DNA of 64,000 bases from Octopus sinensis (lineage: Eukaryota), in the NCBI RefSeq assembly GCF_006345805.1, contig NC_043006.1, forward strand, positions 34,906,001 to 34,970,000. The letters are read 5' to 3'. Below, piece by piece: positions 49,978 to 63,942 of this stretch; position 1 is the first letter of the stretch, and each line of letters starts with the position of its first letter. Position numbers and translations under genes: made by a program. The notes beneath the pieces were generated by a model. It did no database searches, had not been told where the DNA came from, and saw only the letters and a program-made list of their open reading frames with translations.

Positions 49978-50976
49978 CTTTCTTCCAGGGGATCTAATGC
50001 GCTTGGCTTAGATTTCCCTTGGCGGGCTGGCCATATCGGAGCAATCTCAAGATTAATCAGCCGAAATTGCTAAGATGATCTGGTTCTTGACTGATGACTG
50101 AGGGCTTCGAATGTTCCGTCCTGTGGTTCTTGTGTCGTCTCTGTGGTGTTTCATGTTCTTGTCCATGTCTGTAATTATTTTTACTGTTTACCTATATAAT
50201 CGGCGGCTACGTATCCACAATTGTCCTTATACGATAAGTATATTTTTTCTCTAGCATTGATACGACTCTTAATGTGTCTCTTTTTCTCTCTCTCTCTCTC
50301 CTCCCTTATTCCCCTTCCTTTCTTTCCCTCTCCATCCGTCTCCCCCCCTTCTACGTTTCTCTATCTCTCTCACCTCCAGCCCCCTCGATCTGTCTCTTTC
50401 TTCTCCTCCCTCGTCCACCTTCTCTCTCTTTTCATCTGTCCCTTTCTCCTGTCTTTCGTTCTCACGTGACCGCTAGCCGCTGTTGAGCGCTCTTTTCGTT
50501 TTCAGCAGTCGCAGAAGCAACACGTATTTGTTCGTCTCCCCGTGGCCATTAGGCACAACTTCACAAGCCAGCCCCATACTCAACTCGTCCTGTCGAAAGA
50601 CCCTTGTCCTACGTCCTGGTTTTGTTTTGTTGTTTATTTTTTATTTTTTACCGTTATTGTTTTTACGTTTTTGTATTCTTATTGGTGTCACGTATTCTGT
50701 ATTTTTGTTTGTGTACTTCGTTCGTTTTCCGTCCTTTCGTTGTATACATTCGAAGCTTTCTTCCAGGGGATCTAATGCGCTTGGCTTAGATTTCCCTTGG
50801 CGGGCTGGCCATATCGGAGCAATCTCAAGATTAATCAGCCGAAATTGCTAAGATGATCTGGTTCTTGACTGATGACTGAGGGCTTCGAATGTCCCGTCCT
50901 GTGGTTCTTGTGTCGTCTCTGTGGTGTTTCATGTTCTTGTCCATGTCTGTAATTATTTTTACTGTTTACCTATATA
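49976..50976 (+). mobile_element. Non-coding element with 223-bp direct terminal repeats carrying the HHR-like motif (pseudo-LTR/retrozyme-like)
   Basis: 49976-50198 and 50754-50976 are identical except for one base that I found (gttccg/gtcccg); period 778; (TA)n on both sides; 555-bp pyrimidine-rich interior. Confidence 0.8.
50746..50892 (+). ncRNA. Hammerhead-like motif with non-canonical strand order (also at 50025-50114)
   Basis: Outer helix acattcgaagc/gcttcgaatgt; ggctg(50803)/cagcc(50836); agcaa-UC-tcaaga(50818-30); GAAA-ttgct(50841-49); tcttga-CUGAUGA(50863-75). Confidence 0.55.
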
Positions 50977-50995
50977 TATATATATATATATATAT

Positions 50996-51920
50996 ACTGG
51001 GTTGGCAGCTAAGTTCCCCCCGTTTTTTTTTAATTTAAATTTTTTAAAAGGTTTAATAAAAGATAACAACTAACTAATCAATAATATATTCACCCTTGTT
51101 GTTTACAATTTCTTCCCAACGTTCAACAAGATTTCCAATACCTCATTGGTAGAAATCACCCGATTTCGACTAGAAAAGTTGATCCACCCAAGCTGTCAAT
51201 TCTGCATAAGTATTGAACAAAACTCCGCGCATATCATTTAAAAGAGATTGAATGAGGTGGAAATATGTTGGTGCCAAATCATGAGAGTACGGCGGGTGTG
51301 GAAGGACTTCCCAGCAATGCCTTTGAATGGTTTCTTTGGTCATATTGGCGATATGAGGGCGGGCGTTGTCGTGCAGCAGAAGAACCCCATGCTGCCGATT
51401 AGGTCTTTTCTCTTGAATAGCCATGTTGAGTCGTTCCATCTGGTGAACTTAGAGTTCCGCGTTGACCGTTTGGTTTCGTTCAAGCAATTCGTAATGGATA
51501 ATCCCTTCCCAGTCCCACCGTACGCACAACATAGTTTTACGCAGATGACGATCTTGTTTCACGCGCGGTGTCGCTTGTTTACCGAGGCTAAGCCATTCCT
51601 TACGCTGCTTCATATTGATGTACAGGCACCACTTTTCGTCGCCAGTAACAATTTGTGTACATAAGTTGAGCGGTGACGAGCAAGCAAACCAGCGGAGATT
51701 GTGGCTCGTTGATTTTTGATGTTGTCACTTAAAGCATGGGACCCCATGCTCCATACCTCTGAACCTTTCCCATCGAGTGAAGATTCTTCTCTATAGCAGT
51801 GTTGGAGCATTCCATTTTCTCTGCTAGTTCCCTTGCCATTCGAAGAGAATTTTCGTACAAAAGTTGTTTTAATCGCTCTTCATCGAACTCAACTGGATGT
51901 GCGTCTTTGAGGTCTGAAGC
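50996..51920 (-). mobile_element. mariner (DD34D) relic, 5'-truncated
   Basis: LLHDNARPH..WEVLPHPPYSHDLAPTYFHL; upstream GAWVPHALS; TIR actgggttggcagctaagt at ~50996. Confidence 0.85.
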
Positions 51921-52477
51921 AACTTAACACCTGGTAAGAAGCAGACGACCATTTTAAAGGTAGGATGACTGGAGACGTCTTGCTATCCGGTGAAGTGGTC
52001 AGCTGCACGGAGGAACTAAAACTAAACTAAATCAAACACTTCTCATAACAAACAGAGAGGTGTTATCTCATTAGCTACTGTAGGGAAAAAGATCGAATTT
52101 GAAACAGTACTGTGAATGTTGTTGACGATTTTCTACATAATACAGCGAAGTGATATGCTGTAAAATCAAACAACTATAATATAAATACAAAAACAACACA
52201 TACTATATTATGAACGCAATAACGCATGAATTTTTCTCTTCAAAGTTGTAATAAACATAAATTATAAATAGCTGTAATTAAATTACAATATAAAATTAAT
52301 TTAATTGTTTTCTGTACATTTTAAATCTTTTCATCCCAATTGCCAATTTGCACAAAGAATTATAATGGCTTGCATACGCATGGGTAACATGGAAACACAT
52401 TACTCTGATACTAGTTAATTAGTTGTGAAGACAAATATGCCAATATGTCTGTGTGTTTGTGCATGCATGTGTATGTT

Positions 52478-52542
<65 letters not shown>

Positions 52543-52769
52543 GAGAGATGTGTGTGCATCTGTATGTATGCATATATGTATATATCGGGGGAATAAATAT
52601 GCATATCCACGCCTACAACTTATTGTGAAGAAAGTCTACACCCTCAACTAGACTGTGAATACACATACATACACGCATACACAGCACCTACGCATATTTG
52701 TATATATACATATACATGTGTGTGTTTGTGTGCATGCAAAATGCAAAACACAAACATCGTCAGAGCGAG

Positions 52770-53520
52770 CGCAGCAATGAATTCATGGCATTGGACGGAT
52801 GCCACTTTGTTTCCTATTTCCACAATGCTCTAAACGTAATAGCCCATAGGTTTCGGATCTGGCAAATTTGGAGGCTACAGACTTGGTGTTACTTGATCAT
52901 AAACATTACTTGACATCCATTCGTGGATGACGTGGGCTTTGTGAGAACTTCCTGAGTTATGTTGGAACTCTTACGGTCTTCCATAGCGTACTTCATCAAT
53001 CTTGAGCTTTACAACTGAGCTTGACATATCCGACATCGTTAATTTTAAGAGTTATAAAAAGACGTGAGGTTTTGTAGCATGACCTTCATTATTCACTACT
53101 ATTAAAACCCTGACAGGTACTGGGAAGTTAATACGAATCACTCTGTAATCATATAACCATCTCCTATCATGCCATATTTGTGAGAGTTTTTAACCGTAAG
53201 TAACCGCTTGACACATCACACATCGAACGGTTTCCCTGTCTTTCTGCAGGCATGAATTAGCCTTTTCTCAGTACATAGAAATGTTATCGAACGTCTTAGT
53301 GCACCACAGTTCTGATACGCCACTCCGATACTTGAACTTCTATAGCGATGGCTCTCATTGATTCCTCGGGATAATCATCGAACATGTTTTGGACTCCTTG
53401 GAGGTACTGTGGTGTTCTTATAGTGACCGAGCGTTTAGAATGCATTTTGTGTTTGAAACATTCCCGCCAGAGACTTCCAATTCCATCCGGACTTTGTGGA
53501 CACAAGACCTTGCGACTTTT
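52770..53520 (-). mobile_element. maT (DD37D)-like Tc1/mariner relic
   Basis: RTPQYLQGVQNMFDDYPEESMRAIAIEVQVSEWRIRTVVH, VRVLIVVNNEGH and FQHNSGSSHKAHVIHEWM..PPNLPDPKPMGYYV on the minus strand, with stops. Confidence 0.7.
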
Positions 53521-55219
53521 AGGATGCTGGCCGTCTCTAAATCTCAATGTTCTGATGTATGGTAGCAATGACCGTGTGTCTTTTCATTTCTTGTGTTAAA
53601 CAATTTATTTGCCCTGCAGGATCTGGAACAAAAAACATCTTCTAATTCGTTTTAAAGAGAGTAAAATGCTTATGTGTGTGTTTGTTTGTGTGTATGTGTG
53701 CGTTTGTGTGTGCGGGTATGTTTGTGTGTGTGTATGTGTGTGTGTGTGTGGTGTTTGTTTTTGTGTGCGTTTGTGTTTATTTACATTAAAAGTTGTGCAT
53801 GTTGTACACACTCCCAGTATAGAGTTTACATAGAAAAAAAAATTGAAACGCCAGAAATAAGAGTCAGAGTAGGACGAAGAGACACAAGTTTGTTTCATCG
53901 ACATTCGTGTTGTTATTTTTACTGCGGCAATGAACGGAAAATTTTGCAGATATCATAGCAGAGGATTGGTAGGAAATATAAATATCTTTTAATCGATGTA
54001 TCAATTGCAGCGTCCGATATTATGTTTTTAAAGAACTACACTGAAATAAACGCAGATACTATCCAAATACACATTTCTAGAAATAGATATCGACAATGAC
54101 AGGCTTGAAAACTGACCCAGCGCCATAATAAAAATAAAAACAAAATGCCCTGGGAAGGATAAAAGAGATGCAAGCAAATAGATAAACAAAAGGCCAGATA
54201 TTTTAGACATATGAAAAACAACTGAAAATAGCACTGACTAATCACTATATTACGTCTACATGGTCAAATAACTTCCTAGAAATAGTAGACAGTTCTGTTT
54301 CTCATCATACACTACCATTTTAAATAAAAGAACACATTGGAATAATGGAATCCAAAATACACTCTGTACGGAAAAAGAACAAATGATTGGATGATCAGAG
54401 CGAGAATGCTCAAGAGGCATTCTCTCTTTGACCATTTACGTAATCAAAATTGACCAAGGGCTAATCGACTACGACTGCAACAACGCCAACGACTCACATA
54501 ACATTATCTCTTTAAAATTAACCAACAAAGCAGCAACAAAATTACAGGAAAGGCAACACAATACCCTGTACAGTGGTCGATTATTGCCTTGAAAACACGC
54601 AGTAGCAATAAGACTAATGGAATATTATTAATGTAGAATGTATTATTTATACCTGATTGCTGTACATAAAAATCTATAGCTTGTGGTGCCCGATATACGA
54701 TTGATATCAAATTGTGATATATAATGCTATAAACATATCAAACTACATGAAAATTACTAAAGATAATGGCGGTAGTTTCCTATTTTAGATAAACTGGCCG
54801 AATAGTTGTCTAGACATACTTTTGTGTACACCATATATTACACATAGGTAAACATTACATAAAACGGGACACAAGCAGATATACTCACGCATATATAAAT
54901 ACAAGCATATAAACATTCGCCCTCAAAGTTCCACCGCGCGCACACACACCTACAAATACGCAACACACATGCGCGCGCGCGCGCACACGCACAGCAAATA
55001 CATATACACACATGCACACACACTGGCATACATACACACAAATATATCTCCAATCACTTTGCCTTAAGCTAATCTATATAACAGAATATCAGAAATTATT
55101 TCAAAGAAATTGAGGCTGTACAGAAATGTATCCAACTATAAGCAAACGCGCGCGCGCGTACACACACACACACACACACACACACGAATACACATATACA
55201 CCCATTCAGACACATGGAC

Positions 55220-55296
<77 letters not shown>

Positions 55297-56579
55297 TGTT
55301 TCTTTATTAGCCACACAGGGCTGCACACAGACAGAACAAATTACAAGGTAGAGCTTTTCTTTTGGGGGTAAAAAAAAGGGGGTTGGTTTTCGATCAAAAG
55401 GGGTCGTAAAAGGGAAGAAAGAGGACAAAAAAAGGGGAGGATTTTAAAAAAGGGGGGGAGAGGGAAAATAAAAAGTTGATCAATAGGGATCGTAATCACA
55501 GATATGTCAATATGAAGTGTAAAGGGGAGGACAGGTGAGGTTTACCCGTGGAAGGAAAAGACCACGATAACCTCGGTCAATGAAGTCACATGTTATATTT
55601 CTTTTTTTTTTTTTTTTGCAAATGAGCAACTCTGTATTAATTTTTACGGTTCATAGAATCATAGTCAAGGTGGCTTCGTCATTCATACGTGCCATCCTTG
55701 CTACATTCACCCATCTTTTTTAAAACATTCACTAGACAAAACTTGCCTCTCTACTCTCACTTTCCTCTTCAAGTGATACTTGAAAAAGTTGATGAGAGAT
55801 TGACCAGAGAGGAAAGTGTTTGTCTCTAATCCTTTCAGGCTCGTCCACCAGATACATTCTTTCGCCATAGCCACAAGTATGATAAAAATAGCTCTTCCTT
55901 CCCGTTTGAAGGAAGGAGGCGTGACGATATTAACGATAGACTCGGCTGATAAACCGACACGTCCCACACGTGACAGCAGTCGTTCGACATAAGCCCACAG
56001 GTCGGAAATTGCTGGACACTGCACGATTGAGTGCAGAGCGGTTTCGTCGCTCTGCCCGCATCTCGGGCAGGTCGGCCTCGTGTTTCTCGAGGCATGCCTA
56101 TAGAGCTTATCCCGAACGGGTAGCGCTTCTCGGTAGCACCGTCAGGCCAGGGATCTCTGGAAGTTGTCCATAGGTCCCGGGCCGAATGCCGTTTGAAACA
56201 GGCGGGTCAGGTATTCCTCGTCGACGCCCAGGTTTGCCCCGAGATCGTCGTCGTACCTCCCCTCCACTAATCCCCTATAGAATGCTTTGGTTGTGTTGAA
56301 GTCACTCAAGGTCGACCCGGAACGGCAGAGATGCTTGAGAGCAACGCGACACTCGCGGTGCCATTCACTCTTCCTCGGCCTCTTTTTGATCCACGACTGC
56401 AGTTCGGTCATGGAGACGAGTTGCGGGAATGCGTGCCTCACAAACAGCGACCACACCTGTTCACCGTCGTCTACATAGAGCCGGAGATGTCGTAGTCTCA
56501 GCGCGTGTCTGCGCATCATCAACCACGGAATGCCCAGCCCTCCTTTTAACGGGTGTTGACAGCAAATGGATCGCCTGAC
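55297..56579 (-). mobile_element. Tx1/L1-clade LINE, 5'-truncated copy in (GATA)n
   Basis: Paralog of 56597-57900 (zf-RVT region, 3' UTR, end ..gtggctaataaagaaacat-(atct)n). Confidence 0.9.
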
Positions 56580-56596
56580 AGATAGATAGATAGATA

Positions 56597-59586
56597 TGTT
56601 TCTTTATTAGCCACACAGGGCTGCACACAGATAGAACAAATTACAAGGTAGAGCTTTTCTTTTGAAGGTTTAAAAAAAAAATTTTTTTAATAAATAAAAA
56701 AAGGAAGGGGGAGTTTCGATCAAAAGGGATCGTAAAAGGAGAGAAAGAGGACAAAAAAAGGGGGGTTAAAAAAAAGGGGGAGAGGAAAAAAAAATTGATC
56801 AATAGGGATCGTTATCACAGAAATGTCAATATGAAGTGTAAAGGGGAGGACAGGTGAGGTTTACCCGTGGAAAGAAAAGCCTACGGAAAAGACCACGGTA
56901 ACCTCGGTCAATGGAGTCACATGTTATATTTCTTTTTTTTTTTTTTTTTGCAAATAAGCAACTCTCTGTTTTCAATTTCTGGGTTCATAGGATCATGCTC
57001 AAGGTGGCTTCGTCATTCATACGTGCCATTCTTGCTACATTCACCCATCTTTTTTAAAACATTCGCTAGACAAAACTTGCCTCTCTACTCTCACTTTCCT
57101 TTTCAAGTGGTACTTGAAGAAGTTGATGAGAGATTGACCAGAGAGGAAAGAGTTTGTCTCCAATCCTTTCAGACGCGTCCACCAGATACATTCTTTCGCC
57201 ATAGCCACAAGGATGATGAAAATAGTTCTTCCTTCCCGTTTGAAGGAGGGAGGCGTGACAATATTGACGATAGACTCAGCTGATAAACCGACTCGTCCCA
57301 CACGTGGCAGGAGTTGTTCGACACAAGCCCACAGGTCGGAAATTGTTGGACACTGCACGAGTGCGTGCAGAACGGTTTCGTCGCTCTGACCGCATCTCGG
57401 GCAGATCGGCCCCGTGTTTCTCGAGCCGTGTCTGTAGAGCTTATCCCGAACGGGTAGCGCTTCTCGGTAGCACTGCCAGGCCAGGGATCTCTGGAAGTTG
57501 TCCATGGGCCCTGGCCCGAAAGTCGTCCTGAACAGGCGGGTCAGGTACTCCTCGTCGACGTCCAGGTTCGCCCCGAGCTCGTCGTCGTACCTCCCCTCCA
57601 CTAATCCCCTATAGAATGCTTTGGTTGTGTTGAAGTCACTCAAGGTCGACCCAGGACGGCAGAGTTGCTTGAGAGCAACGCGACACTCGCGGTGCCATTC
57701 GCCCTTCTTCGGCCTCTTTTTGATCCACGACTGCAGTTCGGTCATGGAGACGAGCTGCGGGAAAGCGTGCCTCACAAACGGCGACCACACCTGTTCACCG
57801 TCGTCTACATAGAGCCAGAGATGTCGCAGTCTCAGCACATGTCTGCGCATCATCAACCACGGCATGCCCAGCCCTCCTTTTAACGGGTGTTGACAGCAAA
57901 TGGATCGCCTGACCATTGGGACGCATCCTTTCCACAAGAAGCGAAAGATAATGCGTTGTAGTTTGGTGATGGTAGGGTCGGGACAAGGTACGACGGTCAG
58001 GCGGTAGTAGATAACGGACGCGATGTACGTGTTCGCCACCTCCGCCCGACCTTTTAGGGACAGTTTCCTCTCGGCCCATTGCCGGGCGAGAGTGACCACC
58101 CTACTCGTTATCTCGTTCCAGTTCTTCTCCACTTGGAGGTCCGGACCAAACCAGACCCCGAGCAACTCAACCGGACCGTCGGTCCAGCGTCCCACGACGG
58201 AGGTGCTGGTGGACGGCATGGGCTTGCTTCTCCAGGTGCCTAGTCGCAAGCCCACTGACTTTTCCCGGTTGATTTTCGCTCCTGTCACCGCTTCGTAGTT
58301 TTTCAGTGTCTCGCCGACCTGATCGATGTGCTCGTGGCTAGACACTATGACGGTGACGTCGTCCGCGTATGCAGACACGCTCGTCCCGCATCCCAGTTCT
58401 CGCGGGATGCCTCTCAAGGTTGCCAGCTTCCGCAATAATGGCTCGAGAGTCAATACGTATAGAAGCGACGAGAGGGGGCATCTCTGACGGACCGAACGTG
58501 CGATGTCGAAGGGTCTCGATAGATGTCCATTCACGCGAAGTACCGAACGGATGCCTCTGTACAAAGCGGCTATCCAGCCGCGGAAGACGGGACCGAAGCC
58601 AGCCGCTCCGAGGACCGCCTCCAAGTATCGATGGTCCACCCTATCGAAAGCTTTCGATTGATCCAAATTGATCAGCGCCCCACCCATGCCAGGTTCGTTA
58701 ACTACCCTGTCTATGATGTAGTGCATCAGGTGGAGGTTGTCATGGATGGTCCGGCCTGGCACGGCGCATGTTTGCGCCCTGTCGACCAGTTTCTCGATGA
58801 CAAGCGCCACCCTCTTGGCTAGCACCTTGGCCAAAATTTTCAAGTCTGCATTAAGCAGAGTGATGGGCCTAAAGTTATCTATTACATTTCCCTTGTTTAG
58901 ATCTTTCTTCAGCAGTGTTACGGCTCCTCGGCTCACAAAACCAGGAATGCTCCCGTTTTGCTGCCAGTTGCAGTACACACCGCCGCCAAGAGATCTCCAA
59001 ACAAGCCTGGCATACAATTGTAAAGCTCGTAGGGTAGACCATCCAAACCCGGTGATTTGTCCCCCCGAGCATTCTGCCATCGCTTCCTGCACTTCCGCCG
59101 CCGTGATGGCACCTTCGCAGCACCCTGCCTTTCTTGTCGAGAGTCGTGGTAGGCTATGTAGGTAGGCACTGAAGTCCACCCTACGTTCTTGCCCTCCACT
59201 CGTTCCGAACAGTCGGGCAAAATGCTGCTGAAAGGCCTCACACATTTTACTTGGCTCGAGCAATTCGCGCCCCTGTTCATCTACCAGGGACCGAATGGTG
59301 GCTTTGTTGCCCTGTTGCGCCTCTGCCACCCGGGCCTCTCTCGCGGCTCCAACACCTTCGTTCCTTAGAGCACGCATCCTAGCTCTGACAGCACATCCTT
59401 CGTGTTTGGCGTTGAAGTGTTGGTCGAGGGCCAACCTCGCCGCCAAAACGTCGGATGCGATGCCGCTTCTAATTGCCTCTTCCAGCTTCTTAACTAGCTC
59501 ACCCTCTACTCTATTTCTATCTATGGCTAGTGCTTTGCTGTACCTAATCGCTTCTGCTTTTACTGCTCTCTTGAGGGCAAACCACC

Positions 59587-59588
<2 letters not shown>
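56597..59588 (-). mobile_element. Tx1/L1-clade LINE, 3.0-kb copy truncated just after the endonuclease, in (GATA)n
   Basis: RT motifs [34 protein letters not shown]; [18 protein letters not shown]; (GATA)n on both sides. Confidence 0.9.
57041..59446 (-). CDS. Tx1-type ORF2 fragment (RT + zf-RVT, 801 aa)
   Basis: ORF track. A short segment is out of frame (the canonical [13 protein letters not shown] lies in the 58933..59280 frame), implying two compensating indels. Confidence 0.8.
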   Translation of the reverse strand: MAARLALDQHFNAKHEGCAVRARMRALRNEGVGAAREARVAEAQQGNKATIRSLVDEQGRELLEPSKMCEAFQQHFARLFGTSGGQERRVDFSAYLHSLPRLSTRKAGCCEGAITAAEVQEAMAECSGGQITGFGWSTLRALQLYARLVWRSLGGGVYCNWQQNGSIPGFVSRGAVTLLKKDLNKGNVIDNFRPITLLNADLKILAKVLAKRVALVIEKLVDRAQTCAVPGRTIHDNLHLMHYIIDRVVNEPGMGGALINLDQSKAFDRVDHRYLEAVLGAAGFGPVFRGWIAALYRGIRSVLRVNGHLSRPFDIARSVRQRCPLSSLLYVLTLEPLLRKLATLRGIPRELGCGTSVSAYADDVTVIVSSHEHIDQVGETLKNYEAVTGAKINREKSVGLRLGTWRSKPMPSTSTSVVGRWTDGPVELLGVWFGPDLQVEKNWNEITSRVVTLARQWAERKLSLKGRAEVANTYIASVIYYRLTVVPCPDPTITKLQRIIFRFLWKGCVPMVRRSICCQHPLKGGLGMPWLMMRRHVLRLRHLWLYVDDGEQVWSPFVRHAFPQLVSMTELQSWIKKRPKKGEWHRECRVALKQLCRPGSTLSDFNTTKAFYRGLVEGRYDDELGANLDVDEEYLTRLFRTTFGPGPMDNFQRSLAWQCYREALPVRDKLYRHGSRNTGPICPRCGQSDETVLHALVQCPTISDLWACVEQLLPRVGRVGLSAESIVNIVTPPSFKREGRTIFIILVAMAKECIWWTRLKGLETNSFLSGQSLINFFKYHLKRKVRVERQVLSSECFKKDG

Positions 59589-59668
<80 letters not shown>

Positions 59669-59700
59669 GGATGGATAGACAGACAGACAGATAGATAGAT

Positions 59701-59813
<113 letters not shown>

Positions 59814-59827
59814 TGATAGATAGATAA

Positions 59828-59945
59828 CTTTCTTTATTGGCCACACAGGGCTGAACACAAATGTAGGGTTTTTCTTTTCGAAAATGAAAAAGAAAATAAG
59901 GGGGAAAAAGGAAATTTCCGATCAAAAGGGATCGGAAATAAATAA
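59828..59945 (-). mobile_element. Older Tx1 3' UTR fragment abutting (GATA)n
   Basis: ctttctttattggccacacagggctgaacaca..ccgatcaaaagggatcg is homologous to 55297-55410. Confidence 0.75.
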
Positions 59946-60304
59946 GACATGACTGATTGAGATAGAGAGATAGACAGACAGACACGACATACTACAAATA
60001 TACATGTGACTGTGTCTGTTTGCATATGTGTTTGTGTGAATATGGATGTATATTTTTAAGCACAGGTCACTTAAACGTATTTACAATGAGTGAGTATATA
60101 TACGTATGCGTAGCTGTAAGTGTATATATTTGTATCGATGATAGTCTATTGGAAAAGACATTTTTGCAAATATTATTTTCTGTGGTTTCTGAGTCAGGGC
60201 TTCATGACTACGAAGTAAATCTCTTAAGCACCCACCTAAACTACATGCCTAGGGTGTCAGAGATCTACAAAAAGCCCGAATAATTTTATCTCTAATTATA
60301 GGTA

Positions 60305-61048
60305 TATTCCAGAATGAAAATCAGAAAATGCGCCGATATGAAATTTGGTCGTCGCTTCTTCTCCATAACCACACTGATCCATTTCTCGACCGAATTGTAA
60401 CTTGCAATGAAAAATGAATTCTTTACAATAATAAAAAATGTTCTTTGCAGTGGTTGGACCAAAATGAAGCACCGAAAACCTTCCCTAAACCCGATCTCTT
60501 CAAAAAGAAGGTTATGGTGACTGTTTGGTAGTGTAATGCTGGACTCAAACACTATAACTGTTTTAAAACCCGGGAAAAATATTGCTGCAGAAACATATTG
60601 CCATGAAATTGCCAAAATGAACGAAAAGCTACTACTCTTCCGTCCCTGACTGGTCATTTGAAAAAGACCAATCATTCGTTATGACAATGCTCAACTACAC
60701 ATTTCCCTAATGACGCTTCAGACGTTGAAGGAGCTTGGCTACGAACTTCTTCCCCACACAGCTTATTCCCCAGAACTTTCTCCTATCAACTACCACTTTC
60801 TGAAGCACCTTGATGGTTTCCTGCGAGAGGAGTTCAAAAATCAAACCGATGCTGAAAGTGTATTCAAAGAGATCATCAGATCGAGAACTCCAGATTTTTA
60901 TGTTACCGGAATAAACAAACCTGCAACTCGTTGACAAAAATGTATTGACTGTAATGGTACTTACTTTGATGAATAGAATTTCCGCATTGCTGAAATGTAT
61001 TGTAATGAATTTCGTGTTTCAAAATGTTGCTTACTTTTTACTCAGCCT
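60305..61048 (+). mobile_element. mariner (DD34D) relic
   Basis: DRIVTCNEK*ILYNN, KKVMVTVW, YDNAQLH, YELLPHTAYSPELSPINYHFLKHLD, QKCIDCNGTYFDE*. Confidence 0.85.
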
Positions 61049-61334
61049 TATAGTAATGGTTATTAAAATAGAATGAGATCTCATCAGGCAGAGGGAAGAT
61101 GTAAACTTGCTATGTATAAAGTGAATTTACAACTTTTGTCTTGATTGAATTTTTATGTCTCCACTGTTAAAAGCTTATAAATCCAAATTTAGAGTAAAAA
61201 TTATCGTCCATGTTAAGTTAGTTTATTCATGACACCCAACTCGCCACTTAGATGGATGATATGCAAAACTGCAAAAAAAAAGAAAAATTTATGAACCACA
61301 GATCTAATTGTTATACAAGATTTATTCCTTGTTG

Positions 61335-61520
61335 CTCAGCGGTGCCTTGTGTGACTCAATAACCCCGAGAGTTATGCCAGCGGAGAAGAAGCTATTGGTA
61401 AGTATTCCCATAATGAATATGTCATACCATAAGGGCTAGACTAATATGAAACAACTCTTCCCAGAGGGAAAATTGGGTTTTGCTTAGAGCCAACAAACCT
61501 ACCTAGAAGAAAGCAAACTA
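61335..61520 (+). mobile_element. Possible decayed RTE-type 5' UTR
   Basis: ggtgccttgtgtgactcaataaccccgagagttatgccagcgg..gggctagactaa..ttgggtt..gccaacaaacc resembles RTE 5' UTRs as I recall them; heavily diverged. Confidence 0.3.
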
Positions 61521-61776
61521 CAGAAGTATCGATGACAATTCAAACCAACAAAATTTAGTAAGGGAAGACCTTTCATTAGGAAAATACGTCAAGCCTTGAC
61601 CTAGAAGGCACAAAGAAGACAGAGAGTCCAGAATTAAGAACTATTGAAAAAATTCGACGATGGTTTGGGATGAATAGGGCGCAAACGGCTTAAGTAAGTT
61701 ATGTCCATAAGGGCATAATAAGGGCTAAAGAAGACCAACAAACATTTTTGGCATTGCACCGAAGTTATATAGTAGA

Positions 61777-61845
<69 letters not shown>

Positions 61846-62022
61846 GTTTGTCTTTTGCTTTGTACAAATCTCACCCAGAAACCTCAAGAGACAGCAAGTT
61901 ACAAGTTCATGTTGGTGTTATGCCTAAGGTGTCATATATTTGGTTTTGTAGATAGTATTGTTCTAGAGAATGTTTAAGGAAATTATGAGTTTGTTTTAAA
62001 ATTTGAGATTACATAGACAGTA

Positions 62023-62093
<71 letters not shown>

Positions 62094-63142
62094 ATCAATT
62101 ACTATATAAACAGCAATAATATAGGAGTATTGACTTTTATCATAACTGCTGGTATTTACGTCGTTCTTGATGTTGTAGTTGACGGAATATTTGTTGTTCT
62201 TGTTGTTGGTGATGCAGCTTTCGCTGTATGTCTATTAAACAGGCCATTATTTATTATATCATCAAATTCATTTCCTGGTAATGTATAACGTTTCCGCAAA
62301 ATTTGTTCTTATCGAAGTAAATTAGGTGGAAATTTTCAATTTATATTCTCTGAACACATACAACATCACAAACCAATATCTCTACTCACAAACAATACAG
62401 ATCTACCATATACAGGCATATACATTGCCACACACACACACACAGACACACACACACACACGCATATCGCATATATCACAAATACATACATTCATACATA
62501 TATACATACATATACGCACATACTAATGCATAAACATAGACACACACACAAGCACACACAGACACGCAGAGTCAGACAAATACACGCACACTACTCAGTC
62601 AGACAAATGCATAAAGACCTACCAGCGCTAATGGACAAAGTAGAATATGGCAATCAAATACGATTGTTATAAACATATCAATATATATTAATGTGAAGAT
62701 GTGAGACGTGGATAGAGCTCGGAAAATTCTTCAAATGATTGTGACGATCATTTTAAATAGCTTCTTCCTTCCTAAGACACGTCAACATTGGCTTACCTGG
62801 GTACTTAAAGGTATGTACCCTCTTATGAGTAACGTCAAAAATTGACGTGCAACGATGAATTGATATAATAGTACTAATACCAATACAATATATATTTATA
62901 TAATGCATAATATTCACGCATACACATAAGTTAGACACACATACGTGTAGGCGTGTATTTGGTTACTGTTGAATGTCGGGTGGAGGAGTAATCGCTATTA
63001 TAGTAGAAATTAGTAATATTCTATTTGTATCTTGGTCGAGTCAGTCTCTTGCCACTCTGAGTCTTGTCTGTGAGTGAACAGTGTCTTTGGTCAAGTTACA
63101 ACACATACGTACATACATACATGCATGGGTCCATGTATATAA

Positions 63143-63440
63143 CGGCAAAGACCCCCCTCTCAGTTATGATTTAATACAGGATTACACCTAGAAAGTTCCC
63201 TGCCGAGACACATGTCCGAGAAAGGCTGATTTTAGAAGACCACATTCCCTTCTCCATGATACCGATGTTATACAAAGGAAAGGCAAAGGGGCCGATACAG
63301 CTTGGTATCAGTGATGTCGTAATTCATTTCTATAGCTGAATGAACTGGAGCAACGTGTCTTGCTCAAGAACACAACACCCAGTCTGGTCCAGAAATCGAA
63401 CTCACTATCTCAGGATTGAGAAACCAACGCTGCCACACGC
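63143..63440 (-). mobile_element. tRNA-derived SINE (CORE-like), minus strand
   Basis: aatcgaactcac (B box, rc), gtcttgctcaagaacacaac, actggagcaacgtg, ggcaaaggggccgatacagcttgg. Confidence 0.7.
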
Positions 63441-63548
63441 AAGAAGAAGACGTCAAATGGCTCTAAAACTCCATTATTTATTGCATACACGCAGGCTGAA
63501 AGGGGTGGGGAATGAACAAAAACGATTTTTTTTAAAGTTAACTAATAT

Positions 63549-63942
63549 AGGCGCAGGAGTGGCTGTGTGGTAAGTATCTTGCTTACCAATCACAAAGTTC
63601 CGGGTTCAGTCGCACTGCGTGGCACCTTGGGCAAGTGTCTTCTACTATAGCCTCGAGCCGACCAAAGCCTCGTGAGAGAATTTGGTAAACGGAAACTGAA
63701 AGAAGCCTGTCGTATATGTGTGTGTGTGTGTGTGTGTATGTCTGTATTTGTTCCCCAAACATCGCTTGACAACCGATGCTGGTGTGTTTACGTCCCCGTA
63801 TCAAAGCGGTTCGGCAAAACAGAACGATAGAATAAGTACTAAGTTTACAAGGAATAAGTTCCGGGGTCGATTAGCTCGACTAGAAGCGGTGCTCCAGCAT
63901 GGTCACAGTCAAATGACTGAAACAAATAAAAGAATAGAAGAA
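63549..63942 (+). mobile_element. SINE family A, full-length
   Basis: aggcgcaggagtggctgtgtggtaag (A box), ccgggttcagtc (B box), cttgggcaagtgtct, internal (TG)n, tail gactgaaacaaataaaagaatagaag. Confidence 0.9.

Noticed and set aside
50803-50892. HDV-like ribozyme reading of the same motif (P1 ggctg/cagcc, CGAA, P2 ggagca/tgttcc)
   Set aside because: L3 lacks the UYCNCG pattern, J1/4 is GAAA, and the P2 pairing is not kept in the 36-kb copy; the conserved cgaatg is better explained by the outer helix.
61395-61450. HDV-like ribozyme in the putative RTE 5' UTR
   Set aside because: Too degenerate to fold into P1-P4; only a resemblance from memory.
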